The notes under the pieces: model-generated
Seen by the model: only the letters and a program-made list of their open reading frames with translations
Database searches by the model: none
Told to the model about the DNA's origin: nothing
Translations under genes and position numbers: made by a program
Assembly (NCBI GenBank): GCA_964235705.1
Contig: CAXSDP010000014.1
Location: forward strand, 2,605 to 66,604
Direction: 5' to 3'
From: an uncultured Beijerinckiaceae bacterium
GTDB lineage: Bacteria; Pseudomonadota; Alphaproteobacteria; Rhizobiales; Beijerinckiaceae
Length of the DNA stretch: 64,000 nucleotides
Shown: piece by piece, positions 9,588-18,340 of the stretch
Layout: each line of letters begins with the position of its first letter
How positions within the stretch are numbered: the first letter of the stretch is position 1

Positions 9588-10122
9588 ACGGGGCGCCTTG
9601 TCGCTGGCGTGTACCGGCGCCGCCCTACTTGGCGCTGCCGGGTGCGACGATCGCCGCGCCACCAGCGCGATCCCGCCCCTCGCGATCCACTACGCGCCGG
9701 CCGAGAACCTCGAGCCCTACGACGTCGGCCTGATCGACCGCGCCCGGCGCACGATCGACATGGCCGCCTACGTGCTGACCGACCGGCCGGTGCTGGAGGC
9801 CTTGGAGCGTGCGGCCCGGCGCGGCGTCGTCATCCGTATCCTGGTCGACCGCGACCAGCTCGAGGATCGCCCCGAGTCGGCGCCGCTGATCGCCCTGCAG
9901 GACATCCACGGCGTCACCCTGCGGGTGAAGCGCCAGCGGGTCTACATGCACCTGAAATCCTACGCGGTGGACGGCCGCTGGCTCCGCTCCGGCGCCGCCA
10001 ACCTCTCCGCGTCCGGGCTGAAGCAGCAGGATAATGACTTGGTGCTCGTCGACAGCCCGGCGCTCGCCGCCGCGTTCGAGCGGAACTTCGAGGTGATCTT
10101 CGCCGCAGGGGATGTGCAGTGA
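9580..10122 (+). CDS. Phospholipase D-family (Nuc-like) nuclease with predicted lipoprotein signal
   Basis: Single HxKxxxxD (HLKSYAVD) + GAAN + DND; N-terminal MRKR-hydrophobic-LGAAGC lipobox. Confidence 0.85.
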   Translation: MRKRGALSLACTGAALLGAAGCDDRRATSAIPPLAIHYAPAENLEPYDVGLIDRARRTIDMAAYVLTDRPVLEALERAARRGVVIRILVDRDQLEDRPESAPLIALQDIHGVTLRVKRQRVYMHLKSYAVDGRWLRSGAANLSASGLKQQDNDLVLVDSPALAAAFERNFEVIFAAGDVQ

Positions 10123-10376
10123 TGGCCGACCGGCTGCCGTGCTGCGTCCCGTTCTGCCGGCGCACGACCGCCGCCGGCCGTTTCGACGAGTGGCTGTGCG
10201 CGAAGCACTGGCCCCTCGTCTCCGCCCTTCTCAAGGCGCGCAAGCGGAAGGCGCACCGCCTCCTGCTGCGAGCCCACGCGCGCGGGCTGGACAAGCCGAT
10301 GATCGCCGCCCGCGCCGCGGCGACGTGGCAGGACTGCAAGGCCGAGGCGATCGAACGGGCGGCGGGGATTGCATGA
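10122..10376 (+). CDS. Small Cys/His phage protein
   Basis: CCVPFC...LCAKHW; TGATG overlap. Confidence 0.7.
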   Translation: MADRLPCCVPFCRRTTAAGRFDEWLCAKHWPLVSALLKARKRKAHRLLLRAHARGLDKPMIAARAAATWQDCKAEAIERAAGIA

Positions 10377-10388
10377 GCGGAGGCGACC

Positions 10389-10826
10389 ATGGGTGAAGCG
10401 CGACGTCGGAGCATACCCAGCCTGCAGGGGTGGCTGACGAAGAACATTGCCAGCGACGACGCCACAAGCCGGGACGAGTTCGCCTCCTACATGGACTGGG
10501 TCGCGCGGATGCTCGACCATGCGACGCCGCCGGACAAGCTTCAGGCCATGCACCTGCGCATGATCCAGGCTGCTTCCCTGGCGATCGTCGAAACGAGCAA
10601 TGATGAGGTCAGCCGCGGCTCCGATCCGGCCACGATCATGACCATCATGTGCAAGGCCCTTGGCGCGTCGTTCGGCTACGCGATGATGTCCCTCAAGTGG
10701 GAGGACGGCGCACCGGTCCGACAGCTCGCGAAGCCCCTCGCCTTGGAATTCGAGCGCGGGCTGAAGTATGCGATCGATAGTTGCCTCGAGCAGGACACCA
10801 ACGATGCGGCCAGTCACGATGGGTGA
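10389..10826 (+). CDS. Hypothetical phage protein
   Basis: GGAGG RBS; protein-like composition; overlaps the next gene. Confidence 0.7.
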   Translation: MGEARRRSIPSLQGWLTKNIASDDATSRDEFASYMDWVARMLDHATPPDKLQAMHLRMIQAASLAIVETSNDEVSRGSDPATIMTIMCKALGASFGYAMMSLKWEDGAPVRQLAKPLALEFERGLKYAIDSCLEQDTNDAASHDG

Positions 10827-12660
10827 CGTGGTGCGCACGTTGAGCGCGATCACTCCCCACCCCATCCCCAACGCCGCGCTGGACCAGCCACTCTGCATCG
10901 TCGGCACGGTCGGGTCTGGCAAGACCTACGCGGCCAAGAGCGCGGTGGAGCGCCTGCTCGACGAGGGCCGGCGCGTGATCATCGTCGACCCGACCGGGGT
11001 GTGGCACGGCCTGCGCACCATGGCCGACGGTACGCCGGGCTTCCCCGTCGTGATCTTCGGTGGCGAGCAGGCCGACGTCCCCGTGTCGCCCGACGCCGGC
11101 GCGGTGCTGGGTGAGCTGCTGGCCGGCGACCAGGTCACCCAAGCGATTGTCGACGTGTCCGATATGACAGGGGGCGAGCGCACGCGCTTCCTGACGGCCA
11201 TGCTCGAGCGGCTCTACGTCGGCGCACGGGTACCGCGTCACCTTGTGCTCGACGAGGCCGACGAGATGGCGTCGCAGACCCCCCTGCCCGAGCAGCTCCG
11301 GCTGCTGGGCATCGTCGACAAGATCGTGCGGCGCGGCCGGGTGCGCGGCTTCCGGCCGATGATGATCACCCAGCGCCCGGCGGTGCTGCACAAGAACGTG
11401 CTCAGCCAGATCGCCACGCTCGTCGCGATGCGCCTGACCTCGCCCCAGGACCGCAAGGCGGTGGAGGGCTGGGTGCGCGGCTCGGCCGACCTCGAAGAGG
11501 CGAAGGCGGTGCTGGCCTCGCTGCCGAAGCTCGCGGTCGGCGAGGGCTGGGTCTGGGCTCCGCGCGAGGGCGTGCTCGAGCGCACCCGCTTCCCGGCGAT
11601 CGCGACGCTCGACACGTCCGCGACGCCGGACAACGATGCCGGCCCGAGCCGACCGCGCGCGATGGCACCCGTCGACGTCGCCGCGCTACGCGAGGCGCTC
11701 GCCGTTGTGTCTCCTGAGACGCCGGATCAGCTTACACAAGGCTCTTCGCGTATCATCGGTAAGGCACAAGCCGGTGCAACGACGCCCGATGTTCTCAGCC
11801 GACGCGATCGCCAACAGACCACAGCCGAAGCGGCAACGAAGAGGGAAGAGCTCGAGGCCGCCGAGCGGCGCGGGTACGAGCGCGGGGTGCGCGAGGCGGC
11901 GGAACGGATCAACGGCTTCGAGCTGCTGTTCGAGCCGCCCAGCCGGACCGCCGCCACGATCGAGCAGATGGACCGTCAGCCGATCGGCAACCTGTTCACC
12001 GGCCGGATTCTGGCGCTGCTCGATGAGGCGGAGGTCGAGCGCCGGCCTGACCGGCGGACGGCAGCGGGCGGCATGTCAACCCCCTACGGCCCTGCCCCGA
12101 CGAAACAGCCACAGCGAACCCGTCATGGGCCGGCACAGCGCGAGCATCGCGCCGCCGACGAAGATTTTGGCACCGCGAGAGCCGACCTGACGCCAGCACT
12201 GCAACGCGTCCTCGATGCGCTCGGATGGTGGCGCGCCGCCGGCCACCACGAGGTGCCACGCGCCCGCGCCTGTGTCGTTGCCGGTTACAGTCCAAACGCC
12301 TCCACCTTCGGCGTGTACATCGGCGAGCTCGCCAAGCGCGACCTTGTCGCGACCGGTGCCGGCGTCGTCCAATTGACCGAGGCCGGCCTACAGGTCGCGA
12401 GCGTGCCCGAGATCGCTGGCGTCGAGGATCTCCGCCTCGCCGCCCGCATGCTGCTCAAGCCACAGGAAGCCCGCGTGTTCGACGTCATCTACGACGCGCG
12501 GGGCGCGATTAGACGCGACCAAGTCGCCAAGGCGGTCGGGCTGTCACCGACGGCATCGACGGCCGGCGTCTACATCGGTTCCGTTTCGGCCTTCGGGTTG
12601 ATCGAGCCGGCCGGGCGCGGGGCGGTCCGCGCGGCGCCGTGGCTGTATCTCGCGTCATGA
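10819..12660 (+). CDS. HerA/FtsK-like (DUF87-type) P-loop ATPase with C-terminal winged-helix-like region
   Basis: Walker A GTVGSGKT; VIIVDPTG; Walker B LVLDEADE; ITQRPA. Confidence 0.85.
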   Translation: MGDVVRTLSAITPHPIPNAALDQPLCIVGTVGSGKTYAAKSAVERLLDEGRRVIIVDPTGVWHGLRTMADGTPGFPVVIFGGEQADVPVSPDAGAVLGELLAGDQVTQAIVDVSDMTGGERTRFLTAMLERLYVGARVPRHLVLDEADEMASQTPLPEQLRLLGIVDKIVRRGRVRGFRPMMITQRPAVLHKNVLSQIATLVAMRLTSPQDRKAVEGWVRGSADLEEAKAVLASLPKLAVGEGWVWAPREGVLERTRFPAIATLDTSATPDNDAGPSRPRAMAPVDVAALREALAVVSPETPDQLTQGSSRIIGKAQAGATTPDVLSRRDRQQTTAEAATKREELEAAERRGYERGVREAAERINGFELLFEPPSRTAATIEQMDRQPIGNLFTGRILALLDEAEVERRPDRRTAAGGMSTPYGPAPTKQPQRTRHGPAQREHRAADEDFGTARADLTPALQRVLDALGWWRAAGHHEVPRARACVVAGYSPNASTFGVYIGELAKRDLVATGAGVVQLTEAGLQVASVPEIAGVEDLRLAARMLLKPQEARVFDVIYDARGAIRRDQVAKAVGLSPTASTAGVYIGSVSAFGLIEPAGRGAVRAAPWLYLAS

Positions 12661-12876
12661 CACGGACACGCTCGGTGATCGCCGAGGATCCAGGGATGCA
12701 GCTGCGCGGCGGGCTTTGAAACGCGGGCTGGAAGGAGATGCGCCGCAAGGGTTTATGGTGCTTGAGGGCGACAACGTCCGCCTTGCAGGAGTTTTTGGCT
12801 GCGCTGAGCCTCGAGATCTACTCAACTGAAAGGGACGATTAACCCGACCAACTCACCTTCCTAATAAGTCAAGAGT

Positions 12877-12891
12877 GTTCCTATTTTGTTC
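12877..12891. promoter_or_regulatory. Alphaproteobacterial LexA box (GTTC-N7-GTTC) upstream of dprA
   Basis: GTTC-CTATTTT-GTTC in AT-rich intergenic DNA. Confidence 0.7.
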
Positions 12892-13008
12892 TTTTTGTGC
12901 GATACGCTTTGTTGTGGACAGCGTGCGAGTCGACTGCCGAATGAGTTTGCGACTCGGGCTTCCAAGCGTGAACCGTCGCCCGGCAGCCTTGGTTGAATGG
13001 ATGTGCAC

Positions 13009-13740
13009 ATGAGTTTTCATGGTCGACCAGCTAGAGGACGCAAATACCTCGCTCCGGCACAGTCAGTGTCGATGAAGCTCGAAGATGCTTTGACTGCGGG
13101 CTCGCGCACTTTCCACGACGCTAAACAGATGGATTTTCTTCGAGCGTCGAAGATCATCCACGTCGCCGGTGATACCTCACTCTTTAAGCTCCCGGCCGTA
13201 TCAATCGTTGGTACGCGAGAGGTTTCCGCCGAGGGCCGCGTCCGGGCCGTTCGACTTGCGCGCGAATTAGTCGAGGCTGGGGTCGTCGTAATGAGCGGCT
13301 TGGCCAAAGGTGTCGACTCCGCAGCTCACCAATCTGCTATTCAGTCCGGGGGCCGGACTGTTGCCGTCATAGGCACGCCGCTTGAGAAGGCTTATCCTAC
13401 CGAAAACGCCTCCCTACAGGAGTGGATTTATAACGAACACCTCCTAGTTAGCCCATTCGAGAAAGGAGAAGCCACCTTCAAGTCCAGCTTCCCGAAGCGG
13501 AACCGCGTGATGGCCGCCCTTTCGGATGCCACGGTGATCGTCGAGGCATCTGATACGTCAGGCACACTTCACCAAGCCGCCGAATGTGGGCGTTTAGGTA
13601 GGTGGCTGTTCATTATGCGATCTGTGGTAGATGATGCGTCCCTGACATGGCCGGCTCGCTTCTTGGACAGTCCCAAGACCAAAGTCTTAAACTCAACCAA
13701 AGATATCACCGATGCAATTGCCGGTACAAAACCATATTGA
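13009..13740 (+). CDS. DprA/Smf (SLOG) domain protein, ShosA-like
   Basis: VSIVGTR; VVMSGLAKGVDSAAH; FPKRNRVMAALSDATVIVEASDTSGT; Rossmann core only; start could be 12997. Confidence 0.9.
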   Translation: MSFHGRPARGRKYLAPAQSVSMKLEDALTAGSRTFHDAKQMDFLRASKIIHVAGDTSLFKLPAVSIVGTREVSAEGRVRAVRLARELVEAGVVVMSGLAKGVDSAAHQSAIQSGGRTVAVIGTPLEKAYPTENASLQEWIYNEHLLVSPFEKGEATFKSSFPKRNRVMAALSDATVIVEASDTSGTLHQAAECGRLGRWLFIMRSVVDDASLTWPARFLDSPKTKVLNSTKDITDAIAGTKPY

Positions 13741-14377
13741 AGTCGATAGCTTTGTCCGCTACAGTACGGACTCAACATTAGTAAAAAACAGCAGTGATTG
13801 GGACGCCCAGAAGGTAAGATACATAATGAAGGGAGAGAGCTTTAACGGCTACATCTCCATGTTATGCAACGGTTCTTGGCAGAAGATCACTGAAAACAAC
13901 GCTCATCTCTGTGAGCAGGAACTGGTGCGGCAATGCGCTTTACGTATCATATCGAGGACGACCGGACTGGCGACAATTGTACCGGTGCCAAATAGCGGCG
14001 CCACGCCGGCAAACCAAGACTTTAAAACATTGAAGCACGTGCGGGAGATCGCAGGTCTAGCCGGAAAAGGCTTCCTAGCCAAACCGCTGCTTCTTTGGTC
14101 AAGTCCGCAGGAGAAGTCGCATACAGGTGGTCGGTCAAGGTTGTACCGAGACCATCTACAGCATTTGATCCTCAATGGCTCTACAGACAGGCCAATCATA
14201 CTTTATGACGACGTTGTAACAAGTGGCTCGCAGCTGATAGCATCAAAACTGAAGCTTGAGGCAGCTGGGCATAAGATTTTGGGCATGGTCGCGGTGATTT
14301 CAGTTCTCGAGAAAGATGGAGCTACGCACAGCGATCTCTTCTCCTGGCGAACAGACACGCGCCAATACCTTGGATGA
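13712..14377 (+). CDS. Phosphoribosyltransferase-like protein, ShosT-like partner of DprA
   Basis: IVPVPNS; PRPP-binding loop IILYDDVVTSGSQL; overlaps dprA; AT-rich (about 42% GC at 13741-13800, hand count). Confidence 0.8.
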   Translation: MQLPVQNHIEVDSFVRYSTDSTLVKNSSDWDAQKVRYIMKGESFNGYISMLCNGSWQKITENNAHLCEQELVRQCALRIISRTTGLATIVPVPNSGATPANQDFKTLKHVREIAGLAGKGFLAKPLLLWSSPQEKSHTGGRSRLYRDHLQHLILNGSTDRPIILYDDVVTSGSQLIASKLKLEAAGHKILGMVAVISVLEKDGATHSDLFSWRTDTRQYLG

Positions 14378-14493
14378 CGCTGACCACCGCCTTCGCCGCT
14401 TTCGGTTGGTGGCTGGTCAACGGTTTGGTGGCAGCGTGATCGATCCTCTCGCCCCCAAGATCGAGCACGCCATCGACGCTCTACTCCGCCCCA

Positions 14494-14784
14494 TCATTGC
14501 GGCGCATAAGTGCCGAACAATCCGTCTTCCTGAACAATCTCACCTTGCTCGCTCTCGCACCGAAGCACCCTAACGCCTTCCTCGCGCAGCGCCGCGGCGA
14601 ACTCGCGCGCGCCCTCCAGCGTCATGGCCGTCGACACCCCCTGGTAGCCGCGTCCGACCGTGTGGAGACGCCAGATCCTGGCAACCTCGTCACCCTCGCC
14701 CACATCGCACTCGTCAGCTAGGCCGAACAGGCCCTCGACGTCCTCAACCGCCGCTCGGTTATCGAAGTGCCTGTGCTTATCCAT
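14494..14784 (-). CDS. Hypothetical protein divergent from the umu cassette
   Basis: Acidic, protein-like ORF; shares the intergenic LexA box. Confidence 0.55.
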   Translation of the reverse strand: MDKHRHFDNRAAVEDVEGLFGLADECDVGEGDEVARIWRLHTVGRGYQGVSTAMTLEGAREFAAALREEGVRVLRCESEQGEIVQEDGLFGTYAPQ

Positions 14785-14821
14785 GTGGGCATCTTCAGAC
14801 CGGCCTTGCTACCGCGTCAAT

Positions 14822-14836
14822 GTTCCGTTTATGTTC
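14822..14836. promoter_or_regulatory. LexA box upstream of the SOS mutagenesis cassette
   Basis: GTTC-CGTTTAT-GTTC, 21 nt before ATG 14858. Confidence 0.85.
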
Positions 14837-14857
14837 TCCACACCGGAGAGCGAATCC

Positions 14858-15112
14858 ATGGCGACCACGACCTACATCATCCTCCCCTTCATGGTCGCCA
14901 AGCGCGGCGGCAAGCTCGTGCCGGGCACGCCGCAGCGCGCGAAGGACCAAGCGAACGCGGTCTTCGCCGCCGAGCGCATAGCCGAACAGGTCGCTGGCGT
15001 CGTCGTACTGGAGGAGCAGTCCGATCCCGAGCAGGACATCTTCGCCGAGCCCCGCCTCGTGCGCGTCATCGGCCAAGTGCCAGACGAGATGATCGAGTCG
15101 CTCGCGGCCTAA
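14858..15112 (+). CDS. Small hypothetical protein, first gene of the umuDC cassette
   Basis: GGAG RBS; 84 aa MATTTYIILPF... Confidence 0.75.
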   Translation: MATTTYIILPFMVAKRGGKLVPGTPQRAKDQANAVFAAERIAEQVAGVVVLEEQSDPEQDIFAEPRLVRVIGQVPDEMIESLAA

Positions 15113-15151
15113 CCGCCCCATTATCAGCCACGACAGAGAACGGAGAAGCGC

Positions 15152-15586
15152 GTGCAGGTCATCGGCATTACGCTCGGCACACCCATGCCGATCCCCCTGC
15201 TCTTCCGAGCCGTGCGGGCCGGCTTTCCGAGTCCGGCCGACGATTTCATCGAAGACGAAATCGACCTCCAGCGCCTGCTGATCACCAACCGGCCGGCCAC
15301 CTTCCTCGTCCGTGTCGCTGGCGAGAGCATGGCTGACAAGGGGATCCACGACGGCGACCTTGCTATCGTCGATCGCTCGCTGGTGCCGCAGAACGGGGAC
15401 GTCGTCGTGGTCGACATCGACGGGGAGCGCTCGTTCAAGGTGTGGACCCGCAAGGGCAACAGGGTCGACCTCGCCTTCGCTAACCCGCGCTACCCCGCCT
15501 TCGTGTTCGACGCGGGCGCCCACGTCGAGATCTGGGGCGTCGTCGCCAACAGCATCCGCCAGCTCCGCCGGGCCGCACGGCGGTGA
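15152..15586 (+). CDS. umuD: UmuD-like S24 autopeptidase
   Basis: AGFPSPADDF; RVAGESM (catalytic Ser); FKVW (Lys). Confidence 0.93.
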   Translation: MQVIGITLGTPMPIPLLFRAVRAGFPSPADDFIEDEIDLQRLLITNRPATFLVRVAGESMADKGIHDGDLAIVDRSLVPQNGDVVVVDIDGERSFKVWTRKGNRVDLAFANPRYPAFVFDAGAHVEIWGVVANSIRQLRRAARR

Positions 15587-16884
15587 GCGCGCCGGCGCCC
15601 GCCCGCTCCTTGGCGCTCGTCGACGGCAACGCCTTCTATTGCTCCTGCGAGCGGGTGTTCGACCCCCGGCTTAAGGGCGTGCCGGTCATCGTGCTGAGCA
15701 ATAATGATGGCTGTTCCATAGCCCGCACCGCCGAAGCCAAGGCGCTGGGCATCCGCATGGGCGACCCCTGGTTCAAGATCCGCGACCTCTGCCGGCGCGA
15801 GCGCGTGCGGGTGTTCTCGTCGAACTACGCGCTCTACGGTGACATGTCGCGACGGACCAACTCGATCTACGACCGCTTCAGTCGTCGATCCGAGGTCTAC
15901 TCGATCGACGAGTCCTTCCTCGACCTGTCGGACGTGGCGGCCGGCCAGCGCGTCGAGCTCGGCCGCGATCTGCGCTCCACGGTGCTCGCCTGGACCGGCA
16001 TCCCGACCTGCGTCGGCATCGGCCCGACGAAGACGCTGGCCAAGCTCGCCAACCAGCTCGCGAAGAAGAACCCCGAGCTCGCCGGCGTGTGCGACCTGAC
16101 CGAGCCGGCCGCGCGCGACCGATGGCTGGCGCGCACGTCCCTCGACGAGATCTGGGGCGTCGGGCCGGCCTCGCAGGCCAGGCTGCGGGCGATCGGCTGC
16201 GCCACCGTCGCCGACGTGCGCGACCTCGCCCCGCGTCTGGCGCGCCAGGGCATGACGGTCGTGGGCGAGCGCATCGTGCACGAGCTGCGCGGCACGAGTT
16301 GCCTCGACCTCGAGTTGGTCGCGCCGACCCGCAAGGGCTGCGCGGTGACCCGCATGTTCTCCCGCCGCGTGGAAGACCTGCCGACGCTGGAGCAGGCGGT
16401 CGCCGCACACGCGACACGGCTGGGCGAGAAGCTGCGCCGCCACGTGCTCGGCACCGACCACGTTACGGTGTTCTACCACACCAGCGAGCACGACCAGGGC
16501 AGTCCGCAGAGGTCCGTGTCGACGGTGGTGCGCCTGCCGGAGGCGACGTCGGACAGCCTGGTGCTGGTGAAGGCTGCGACCTTCGGCGCCCGGAGGATGT
16601 GGCGCGACGGCTACCGCTACAGCAAGGCGGGGGTGATCACCGTCGACCTGGTGCGGCTCGCCGCGAGCCAGCGCGCGATGCCCAGCCTCGGTCAGTTCGA
16701 CCGCGAGCGCGGGTCCGCGCTGATGGCGGCGATGGACAGCTGCAACGCCCGGTTCGGGCGCGGTGCAGTGGTGCCGGCCGCCGCCGGCGTGGCGCCGCGC
16801 CGGGGCTGGGCGACGAAGTTCGAGATGCGCTCGCCCCGCTACACGACGCGGTTGGCCGAGCTGCCGATGGTGGGGACGTGCTAA
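15583..16884 (+). CDS. umuC: UmuC-like Y-family DNA polymerase (C-terminal DUF4113-like tail)
   Basis: ALVDGNAFYCSCE; VLSNNDGC; SSNYALYGDMS; YSIDESFL; SPRYTTRLAELP. Confidence 0.95.
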   Translation: MSAPAPARSLALVDGNAFYCSCERVFDPRLKGVPVIVLSNNDGCSIARTAEAKALGIRMGDPWFKIRDLCRRERVRVFSSNYALYGDMSRRTNSIYDRFSRRSEVYSIDESFLDLSDVAAGQRVELGRDLRSTVLAWTGIPTCVGIGPTKTLAKLANQLAKKNPELAGVCDLTEPAARDRWLARTSLDEIWGVGPASQARLRAIGCATVADVRDLAPRLARQGMTVVGERIVHELRGTSCLDLELVAPTRKGCAVTRMFSRRVEDLPTLEQAVAAHATRLGEKLRRHVLGTDHVTVFYHTSEHDQGSPQRSVSTVVRLPEATSDSLVLVKAATFGARRMWRDGYRYSKAGVITVDLVRLAASQRAMPSLGQFDRERGSALMAAMDSCNARFGRGAVVPAAAGVAPRRGWATKFEMRSPRYTTRLAELPMVGTC

Positions 16885-16913
16885 CCACGTCGCCGCTGGA
16901 TGAGCGCGACGTG

Positions 16914-17273
16914 TCAGCGGACGAGCAGGCCGGGCACAAGCTCTCCGGGCCTGCCATAGAGACGAAAGACCGTGTCGCACCAGGTCCGCAGGCTGGGCGC
17001 TTTCTCGATTGCCTTCTTGAACGTGACGACGTTTGCCTGCACGGCGCTCGTCAGCGCAGGCTTGTCCTCGTCGACGATGTGGGCCGAGTCCTTCAGGGCC
17101 GCATAAAGGTTCTTATCGACGAGGATGTCATCACATTTGGCCGAAGCGGTCAGTACGACCGCCACCGTCGACGCGTAAGCCGCGATCTCGATGTCATGAG
17201 CCGTGAGAGTGATCGACGGTGATGTGTCGAGCGATGCGGTCACGAGGATAAGAATGAGGGCACTAGAGGACAT
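16914..17273 (-). CDS. Small, probably secreted hypothetical protein (two Cys)
   Basis: Hydrophobic N-terminus (MSSSALILILVTA); start uncertain. Confidence 0.5.
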   Translation of the reverse strand: MSSSALILILVTASLDTSPSITLTAHDIEIAAYASTVAVVLTASAKCDDILVDKNLYAALKDSAHIVDEDKPALTSAVQANVVTFKKAIEKAPSLRTWCDTVFRLYGRPGELVPGLLVR

Positions 17274-17481
17274 CACGTTCACGATGCTCCCACGTAGCCC
17301 GCAGGCTCGAGTCCACGGGCGAAGGTGCGACACGCCTTGCAGCGGCATCGTATCCGCTTCCCCGTCGTTGTTTCTACCGCGGTGATGACTGCAAAGGCGT
17401 GCATGGAGGCACGCTCCCGATCGCGGAAACAACCTGAGCGCGATTTCGGTGGACGCTTCACCCGTTATCGATTGAGATGAG

Positions 17482-18270
17482 GTGCTTCACCGCCATAAGC
17501 CCATGACGCGAGCCACGCCTCCTTACAAAACTTTCGCCGAACGTCGTCGCGAATCGGAATGCTACGCGAGCGCCCTCTCGACGATCGACCGCCTGACCGA
17601 CATCACCGAACTCGACGGATTGGCGGACATGCTGAGTTCCGCCTTCTCCACCTATGGCGTGGACCACTTCATCGTCGCTGGCCTGCCGAACCCGACCGAG
17701 CGCTTCGAGAAGATGGTCATGCTCAAGCATTGGTCGGCGGAGTGGTTCGATGTCTACATGAAGGAGGATTACGTGATCGACGATCCCGTCGTCCGCCTAT
17801 GCCGTTCATCGGTGACGCCTTTCGAATGGACCGAGGCGCCCTTCGATGCCGAGCGCGAGCCGCGCGCCCTGGAGCTGATGAACAGGGCGCGCGACTTCGG
17901 CCTTCGACGTGGTTTCAGCATCCCCGTTCACAGCATGAACGGCCTCGACGCTTGTTTCTCCGTCAGCGGGGCCAAACCCGAGTTCGACAGCGGCGCAAGG
18001 GCGGCGCTGCACCTCGTCGCGGTATATGCCTTCGAGAAGGTTCGCCGGCTGTCGCTTCCCAAGCCACGGCCGAGTCCCCTGACCGCGAGGGAGACGGAGG
18101 TGCTGACCTGGATCGCCTCCGGCAAGAGCCACGGGGACATCGCGGAGATCCTGGGCATCACGGAGCGGACCGTGACGGCGCACGCGGTCAGGGCCACCGA
18201 CAAGCTTGGGGCCTCGAACCGAACCCATGCCTGCGTACGCGCCATGCTCGCGAACTATATCTCCGTCTGA
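17482..18270 (+). CDS. luxR: LuxR-family AHL receptor (autoinducer-binding domain + HTH)
   Basis: W..W...Y......DDPV, PFEW and RGFSIP ligand-pocket residues; LTARETEVLTWIASGKS...ERTV HTH; start 17482 or 17503. Confidence 0.95.
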   Translation: MLHRHKPMTRATPPYKTFAERRRESECYASALSTIDRLTDITELDGLADMLSSAFSTYGVDHFIVAGLPNPTERFEKMVMLKHWSAEWFDVYMKEDYVIDDPVVRLCRSSVTPFEWTEAPFDAEREPRALELMNRARDFGLRRGFSIPVHSMNGLDACFSVSGAKPEFDSGARAALHLVAVYAFEKVRRLSLPKPRPSPLTARETEVLTWIASGKSHGDIAEILGITERTVTAHAVRATDKLGASNRTHACVRAMLANYISV

Positions 18271-18340
18271 CCTTCAGGTTTCTACAATACCGGCCTAGGA
18301 CGTTTCTCCGCATGCTGTTGCTTCCGTGGGGGAAGCAGCC

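Noticed and set aside
15490-16980. 496-aa minus-strand ORF
   Set aside because: Antisense to the clearly recognisable umuC-like gene.
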